Source of the DNA: a bacterium
GTDB lineage: Bacteria > JADJOY01
NCBI GenBank assembly: GCA_046331705.1
Contig: JAXLQJ010000029.1
Location: 1-64,000 of the forward strand
Length of the DNA: 64,000 bases
Direction of reading: 5' to 3'
The translations under genes were made by a program, and so were the position numbers. This document shows, piece by piece, positions 57,173 through 64,000 of the stretch (positions are counted from its first letter, which is position 1; every line of letters begins with the position of its first letter). Below the pieces are notes generated by a model. The model saw only the letters and a list, made by a program, of their open reading frames with translations, had not been told where the DNA came from and did no database searches.

Positions 57173-58344
57173 GACGCACCTCCCGCCTTGGCAGCGGCGA
57201 TCACCTGCTGCGCCGCGTCTTGGATGTCCTTCGCGGAGATCACGCGAAGATTCGATTCCGCGAGGATGCGCTTGCCGTCCTCGACGTTGGTTCCTTCCAT
57301 CCGCACCACCAGCGGCACCGAGAGGTGAACCTCGTTGCCCGCCTCGACGATGCCCTTGGCGAGCACGTCGCACTTCAGGATGCCGCCGAAGATGTTGACC
57401 AGCACCGCCTTCACCGAGCTGTCCGCGAGGATCAGCTTGAACGCCTCGCGGATCTTCGCGGTGTCGGCGCCGCCGCCCACGTCGAGGAAGTTGGCGGGCG
57501 TGCCGCCGTAGAGCTGGATGGCGTCCATGGTGGCCATCGCGAGCCCGGCGCCGTTCACCATGCAGCCGATGTTGCCGTCGAGCGCGATGTACGAGAGGTC
57601 GAACTTCTTGGCCTCGCGCTCGCGTGGGTCTTCCTCGTCCGGATCGCGCAGCTTCTCGATGTCCGGATGACGGAAGAGCGCGTTGTCGTCGAAGTTGAAC
57701 TTGGCGTCGAGCGCGAGCAGATCACCCTGCGCGGTCACCACCAAGGGATTGATCTCGACGAGCGAGCAATCCTTGTCGACGAAGAGCTTGTAGAGACCGT
57801 CGAGGAACTTCGCCATCTTGTTGACGCTGCCGCCCGAGAGCCCGAGCCCGAAGGCGAGCTTGCGCGCCTGGAACGGCTGCAGCCCGACCGCCGGATCGAT
57901 CACTTCCTTGAGGATCTTCTCGGGCGTCTCGGCGGCGACCTTCTCGATCTCGACTCCGCCTTCGGTCGAGGCCATCACCACCGGGCGCCGGAGCATGCGG
58001 TCCACGACCACGCCCAGGTAGCACTCACGGGCGATGTCGCAGCCCTCCTCGATGAGCACCTTCTGCACCAGCTTCCCTTCCGGGCCGGTCTGGTGCGTCA
58101 CGAGCTGCATGCCGAGGATCTCGCTCGCCAGTCGCTTGACCTCCGCGGGGCCGTTGCCGAGCTTCACGCCGCCGCCCTTGCCGCGGCCGCCGGCGTGAAT
58201 CTGCGCCTTGACCACGAAACGCGTGCCACCCAAGTCCTTGGCGATGGCCTCGGCGCCCTCCGGCGACGACGCCACCTTGCCGGCCGGCACGGCGACGCCG
58301 TAGCGGCTCAAGAGCTCTTTCGCCTGGTATTCGTGAACGTTCAT
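57169..58344 (-). CDS. sucC: Succinyl-CoA synthetase beta subunit
   Basis: [47 protein letters not shown]. Confidence 0.97.
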   Translation of the reverse strand: MNVHEYQAKELLSRYGVAVPAGKVASSPEGAEAIAKDLGGTRFVVKAQIHAGGRGKGGGVKLGNGPAEVKRLASEILGMQLVTHQTGPEGKLVQKVLIEEGCDIARECYLGVVVDRMLRRPVVMASTEGGVEIEKVAAETPEKILKEVIDPAVGLQPFQARKLAFGLGLSGGSVNKMAKFLDGLYKLFVDKDCSLVEINPLVVTAQGDLLALDAKFNFDDNALFRHPDIEKLRDPDEEDPREREAKKFDLSYIALDGNIGCMVNGAGLAMATMDAIQLYGGTPANFLDVGGGADTAKIREAFKLILADSSVKAVLVNIFGGILKCDVLAKGIVEAGNEVHLSVPLVVRMEGTNVEDGKRILAESNLRVISAKDIQDAAQQVIAAAKAGGAS

Positions 58345-58378
58345 CGGTCTCCCCTCTCGATGTCGGCGCCGCGACGAG

Positions 58379-59335
<957 letters not shown>

Positions 59336-59612
59336 CTAGCCCAAGCGGCTCGGGCCAGAGGCTCTCGGCCGTTCGTGCGGGTTCCGCCAGTGCCCAGGCG
59401 TGGGCGCGGACCCGCCGCGAATCAGCCCGTTGCTCGATCCGACTTCCGACTGAATTTCCCAGGATTTGCGCCGAAGAAACGACGCGGGGCGCGAAAGGGT
59501 ATGAGCCGCTCGGAGGCGTGTCAAGGCGCCGCGAAGGGCGGTTCCGAGACGGCTCGCGAGCGCGAGCGAGGGATGCGCGACCGGGTACGCCGAGCGGCGC
59601 CCCGGAGCCATG

Positions 59613-60695
59613 TCAACGACCGGAGGGACGCGGTGGCAGGACCAGCTTGGTGCCGGCGCGCACGTCCCCGGACGCCTCGATCTTCGCGCGGTTCGCGTCT
59701 CGGATCAGCGTCCAGTACGTGGTGCTGCCATACATCTTCTTCGCGATCGAGTAGAGGGTCTCGCCCTTGCGCACGGTGTAGGTCGTGCCGCTCGCGCGCG
59801 ACGCGGGCACCGACTCGGCGGCGCTGGGGATGGGCGTGGACGCGGGTGGCAGCACCAAGCGCATCCCGGCGCGCACGTCGCTGGGGTGCGAGAGCCGATC
59901 CCGATTCGCGGCGTAGATGAGCGTCCACGCTTGCTCGTTGCGGTATTGGGCGCGCGCGATGCTCGCCAGCGTGTCGCCCTTCTGGACCGTGTAGTTGCGG
60001 GACGCCGAGGCGCGTGCGCCCGCGTCCACCGCGGGCTCCACGGGCTCGCGCGCCGGGGCGGCGGCGGGCGCGGGCTCCTCGCTCTCGGGTGCCTGCTCGG
60101 TGGCGCGCGTGAGGCGCTCGCGCTCCTCGCGAATCGCGCGCGCCGTGTCCTCGGGCGACGGCGCCGGTCGCGGCGCAGCCTCCGGCTCCGGTGCCGGGAG
60201 CGCCGCGGGAGGTGCCGGGTCGAGATGCTCCGGAAGCGGCGCGGGCGTGCGGCTCGCCGGCGGGGCTTGCGGAACCTCGGCAGCAGGGGGGGCCACGGCT
60301 GCAGGCGGCTCCACGGGCGCGGTCTTGGCACCGCCGCGCGAATCGAGCAGCGGCGAGAGCTCGACGCCCTCGCGCGACGGCGGCGCGTCCGTGAAGCCCG
60401 TGTCCGCGGGCGCCGCGGCCGCAGGCGAAGCAGCCGCCGCCGTGGCGTCGGCGAGCCGCCGCGCGCGCTTGAGCGCCTCGCGCGCCTGTTCGTAGTCGCC
60501 CTGGTCGATCCAGTCTTGTCCTTCGACCAACGCGGAGCCCGCTTCCTGGAAACGCTGCGTGTCGCGTTCGGCGGCTCCAGCCGCGGAAGCGTTCTGATAC
60601 GACCGCCAGGCCGCGTCGAGCTCGCCGAGCGGCGGACGAGCACACGCGCCCACGAGCAGCGCGCCGGCGGCGAGGCCACGGTAGTGCCGCTTCAT
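59613..60695 (-). CDS. Lipoprotein with two C-terminal LysM domains
   Basis: Lipobox VGAC, helical N-terminal domain, Pro/Ala linker, YTVQKGDTL and YTVRKGETL. Confidence 0.85.
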   Translation of the reverse strand: MKRHYRGLAAGALLVGACARPPLGELDAAWRSYQNASAAGAAERDTQRFQEAGSALVEGQDWIDQGDYEQAREALKRARRLADATAAAASPAAAAPADTGFTDAPPSREGVELSPLLDSRGGAKTAPVEPPAAVAPPAAEVPQAPPASRTPAPLPEHLDPAPPAALPAPEPEAAPRPAPSPEDTARAIREERERLTRATEQAPESEEPAPAAAPAREPVEPAVDAGARASASRNYTVQKGDTLASIARAQYRNEQAWTLIYAANRDRLSHPSDVRAGMRLVLPPASTPIPSAAESVPASRASGTTYTVRKGETLYSIAKKMYGSTTYWTLIRDANRAKIEASGDVRAGTKLVLPPRPSGR

Positions 60696-62545
60696 GAGTT
60701 GCTTCCCCCGTCGCCGGCCGCGCTGCGCGCCAGGCGAATGTGGAGCTCGCGGAGCTGCGCGTCGGAGACTCCGCCCGGCGCGCCGCTCAACGGGCACGTC
60801 CCCTTCTGGGTCTTGGGGAACGCGATGGTGTCCCGGATGGATGCGGCCCCGGTCAAGATGGCCACCAGCCGATCGAAGCCGATCGCGAGCCCCGCGTGGG
60901 GCGGCGCACCGAACGCGAGGGCGTCGAGAAGGAATCCGAACTTCTCGCGCGCCTCTTCCGCGCCGATCCCGAGCAGCTTGAACACGCGTTCCTGCACCGG
61001 CTCCGAATGGATACGAACGCTGCCGCCGCCGACCTCGCTGCCGTTCAGCACCAGATCGTACGCGTTGGATCGGACCGAACCGGGGTCGGACTCGAGGCGG
61101 TCCATGTCCTCGCCCAAGGGCGACGTGAAGGGATGGTGCATCGCCACCCAGCGCCGCGCCTCGGCGTCGTAGTCGAGGAGCGGGAACTCGGTGACCCAGA
61201 GCAGCGCCAGCGCGTCGCCGCGAATCAGCCCGAGCTGCTCGCCGAGATGGAGCCGCAGCCGGCCCAGGATGTCCTGCGACGCCTTGCGTTCGCCGGCGAC
61301 GAAGAGCGCCAGGTCGCCGTCCTCGAGGCCGAGCGCCTGCGTCAGCTCGCCACGCACGGCCTCGGGGAAGAACTTGGCGATCTGGCCAGACCAGGCGCCC
61401 TGGGCGCACTTGATCCAGGCCAACCCCTTCGCGCCGAACGACTGCGCCACCCCGGTGAGCGCATCCATCTCGGTGCGACTGAACGTGGCGGCGCCCGGCA
61501 CGCGCAATCCGAGGATGCAGCCGCCCGAACGCACGATGTCGAGGAACACCTTCATCTCCGAGCGGCCGGCCGCGTCGGTCACGTCGCGCAGCTCGAGGCC
61601 GAAGCGCAGGTCGGGCTTGTCCGAGCCGAAGCGGCTCATCGCCTCGGCGTAGGTCATGCGGTGAAACGGTCGCGCGACCTCGACTCCGCGGCCGATCCGG
61701 ATCGCGCTCGCCACCACGTCCTCGACCACTCCCATCACGGCGTCGGCGCCGGCGAACGACATCTCGAGGTCGACCTGCGTGAACTCGGGCTGGCGATCGG
61801 CACGCAGGTCCTCGTCGCGGAAGCAGCGCACGATCTGGTAGTAGCGGTCGAGCCCCGCGACCATCAACACCTGCTTGAAGAGCTGCGGCGACTGCGGCAG
61901 CGCGAAGAACTTGCCGGGCGCGAGACGGCTCGGCACCAGGAAATCGCGAGCGCCCTCCGGGGTGGAGCGCGTGAGCATCGGGGTCTCGATCTCGATGAAG
62001 CCCCACGCGTCCAAACGCCGCCGCATCTCCTGAGCGACGCGGTGGCGCAGCAGCAGGTTGTCGCGGATCGCGGGGCGGCGCAGGTCGAGGTAGCGGTACT
62101 GGAGCCTGAGCGCCTCGCCGACTTGCGACGCGTCCTCGATCGCGAACGGCAAGGGCCGCGACCGGTTGAGCACCTCGAGCTTGTGGCCAACCACCTCGAT
62201 GGCGCCGGTCGCGAGCTTGGGATTCACCATCTCGGCGGGGCGCTTGCGGACGGTGCCCTCGACTCGCACCACGTACTCGTCGCGCAGCGTCTCCGCGGCG
62301 CGATGCGCCTCGGAATCCGTGTCCGGCTGGAACACCACCTGGGTGATGCCCTGGCGGTCGCGGAGGTCGGCGAACACCACGCCGCCGTGGTCGCGCACGC
62401 GATGCACCCAGCCCGCGAGCACCACCTCGCGCCCCTCGTCCACGTCGCGAAGCTCGCCGAGATGGTGCGTGCGATAAGGCGTGGCCTCGATGGGCAGCGG
62501 CACGGAGACGCCGGCGGCTGCTGGATTCGTGGGAGTGTCGGTCAT
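60692..62545 (-). CDS. aspS: Aspartate--tRNA ligase (probably non-discriminating Asp/Asn type)
   Basis: RVRDHGG, YRYLDLRR, LPQSPQLFKQ, FRDEDLRADRQPEFTQ, GAPPHAG..GFDR. Confidence 0.97.
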   Translation of the reverse strand: MTDTPTNPAAAGVSVPLPIEATPYRTHHLGELRDVDEGREVVLAGWVHRVRDHGGVVFADLRDRQGITQVVFQPDTDSEAHRAAETLRDEYVVRVEGTVRKRPAEMVNPKLATGAIEVVGHKLEVLNRSRPLPFAIEDASQVGEALRLQYRYLDLRRPAIRDNLLLRHRVAQEMRRRLDAWGFIEIETPMLTRSTPEGARDFLVPSRLAPGKFFALPQSPQLFKQVLMVAGLDRYYQIVRCFRDEDLRADRQPEFTQVDLEMSFAGADAVMGVVEDVVASAIRIGRGVEVARPFHRMTYAEAMSRFGSDKPDLRFGLELRDVTDAAGRSEMKVFLDIVRSGGCILGLRVPGAATFSRTEMDALTGVAQSFGAKGLAWIKCAQGAWSGQIAKFFPEAVRGELTQALGLEDGDLALFVAGERKASQDILGRLRLHLGEQLGLIRGDALALLWVTEFPLLDYDAEARRWVAMHHPFTSPLGEDMDRLESDPGSVRSNAYDLVLNGSEVGGGSVRIHSEPVQERVFKLLGIGAEEAREKFGFLLDALAFGAPPHAGLAIGFDRLVAILTGAASIRDTIAFPKTQKGTCPLSGAPGGVSDAQLRELHIRLARSAAGDGGSNS

Positions 62546-62660
62546 TCCGGGATCCTCTTCGGCGCGGCACCCAACGAGGGCCGAGCTCGCGACCGCGTGG
62601 GTGGCGACGGGCGGACGTGGGGCGAGCGGATCGCGAACCGATCCAGGCTCCCGAGGGCGG

Positions 62661-63920
62661 TCATGACGCCTCGCGGCCGCCCCGAAGCCGCGTGAGCAGC
62701 ACGTCGAGATCGCGGCGCACTTCCTCCTCGGCGCCGGTCGTCATGTCCTTGATCCGCACGGTGCCCGCCGCCAGCTCGGACTCGCCGATCATCAACACGC
62801 GCGCCGCGCCGATCTTCTGCGCGCGCCGCATCTGGCTCTTCATGCTGGTCGCCTCGAGACTGGTTTCGATCCGCACCCCGCCGAGGCGCAGCCGGTGCGC
62901 CAGCTCGAAGGCCGCCAGCCGCGCCTCGTCGCCGTGGCTCGCGAGGAAGAGGCGCGGCGACGCCGCGGGCGTGGGCCCAGCGAGCTCGAGGACGCGCTCG
63001 AGACCCATCGCGAACCCCACTCCCGGTGCATCGGGCCCGCCGAAGCCCGCCACCAGACCGTCGTAGCGACCGCCGCCAGCGACGGCGTTCTGAGAGCCCA
63101 GCCGGTCGGTGGTGACCTCGAACGCCGTGCGCACGTAGTAGTCGAGCCCACGCACGATGCGCGGGTTCGCCGCGTACGGAATTGCGAGCGTGCCGAGCAA
63201 GCGCTCGACGCCCGCGTGGTGCGCGCTGCACGCGGCACACAGATGCTCGGGCATGAGCGGTGCGTCGGCGAGCGCGGCGCGACAGCGCTCCACCTTGCAG
63301 TCGAGGATTCGGAGCGGGTTGGTGATCCGGCGCCGGTTGCAGTTCTCGCAGAGATCGGCGGCGTGCTCCGCGGCGAAGGTCTGAAGCAACGCGAGATAGC
63401 CCGGTCGACAATCGCGGCAACCGAGCGACGTGAGCTCGAGCCGGATGCCCTCGAGCTGGATCTCGCCGAGAATGGCCCAGAGCAGCGCGATGATCTCCGC
63501 GTCCGCCTCGGGCGACGCGGCGCCGATCACCTCCGCGCCGATCTGGTGGAACTGGCGCGAGCGCCCCTTCTGCGGCCGCTCGTGCCGGAACATCGGGCCC
63601 AGGTAGTAGAGGCGATTGGCGGGTGCGCGCTGCGCGAGCGAGTGCTGCACGAAGGCGCGCACCACCGGTGCCGTGCCCTCCGGACGAAGCGTCAGGCTTT
63701 CCCCGCTGCCGGTGGTGAAGGTGTACATCTCCTTCTCCACCACGTCGGTGCTCTCGCCGAGCGAGCGCACGAACAGCTCGGTGCGCTCGAGCACCGGGGT
63801 GCGGATCTCGTCGTACCCGAAGGCGCCGAACAGCGCGCGCGCGCGCTCCTCGACCCAGCGCCAGCGACCTGCCTCGTCGGGCAGGACGTCGCTCATCCCG
63901 CGAATGGTGGTGATGGACAC
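62661..63920 (-). CDS. hisS: Histidine--tRNA ligase
   Basis: LRPEGTA, MFRHERPQKGR, RGLDYY, GGGRYDGL, GFAMGLER. Confidence 0.97.
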   Translation of the reverse strand: MSITTIRGMSDVLPDEAGRWRWVEERARALFGAFGYDEIRTPVLERTELFVRSLGESTDVVEKEMYTFTTGSGESLTLRPEGTAPVVRAFVQHSLAQRAPANRLYYLGPMFRHERPQKGRSRQFHQIGAEVIGAASPEADAEIIALLWAILGEIQLEGIRLELTSLGCRDCRPGYLALLQTFAAEHAADLCENCNRRRITNPLRILDCKVERCRAALADAPLMPEHLCAACSAHHAGVERLLGTLAIPYAANPRIVRGLDYYVRTAFEVTTDRLGSQNAVAGGGRYDGLVAGFGGPDAPGVGFAMGLERVLELAGPTPAASPRLFLASHGDEARLAAFELAHRLRLGGVRIETSLEATSMKSQMRRAQKIGAARVLMIGESELAAGTVRIKDMTTGAEEEVRRDLDVLLTRLRGGREAS

Positions 63921-64000
63921 GAGAACCTGGGGCCGCGCCTGGGCGGGCGCGGGCCGAAGGCGAATGGATCCGGATTTTCTCGAACGATTCCCAGCCGTTC

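Noticed and set aside
59613-62570. Apparent long fusion ORFs (59613-62570, 26237-29413, 20894-23086, 37006-39210, 38136-39980)
   Set aside because: The N-terminal extensions overlap other real genes in different frames; true starts were re-called downstream.

Overview
GC-rich bacterial chromosomal window, probably from a Deltaproteobacteria-like lineage (Myxococcota/Desulfobacterota/Binatota type). This is inferred from the pgpA-cinA-thpR-recA-pilT-alaS order, a GYF_2-type Ser/Thr kinase and an LpoA-like lipoprotein. Most of it is core genome: alaS (partial), recA, ruvX, mltG, a DksA-family gene, thiL, larBC, rdgB, PPi-type pfk, icd, mdh-sucCD, aspS, hisS, tRNA-Pro(UGG) and tRNA-Leu(CAG). It also holds a three-gene glycosyltransferase cluster, an Rrf2-aprA-aprB-like sulfur locus, and an ~9.5 kb accessory block between icd and tRNA-Leu with duplicated and decayed genes. 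The most unusual signals are: (1) a RAYT/Y1-like HUH nuclease gene bracketed by an inverted 11-bp motif whose right copy is expanded into a G-rich GGCACCGTT tandem array; (2) an isocitrate dehydrogenase with a CxxC-x9-CxxC insertion in the loop just before the Ser113-equivalent; (3) a KstR-type palindrome in front of a KshB/PaaE-like reductase; (4) a GAAC-N4-GTTC LexA-type box over the recA -35; (5) a degenerate RACo/ASKHA-like 2Fe-2S protein; (6) two REP-like repeats with an apparently flipped hairpin; (7) an M23 peptidase with a four-fold repeated N-terminal module and an RBS-sequestering hairpin. Many long ORFs in the supplied track are high-GC shadow frames. Start codons were re-called by eye and no database searches were run.
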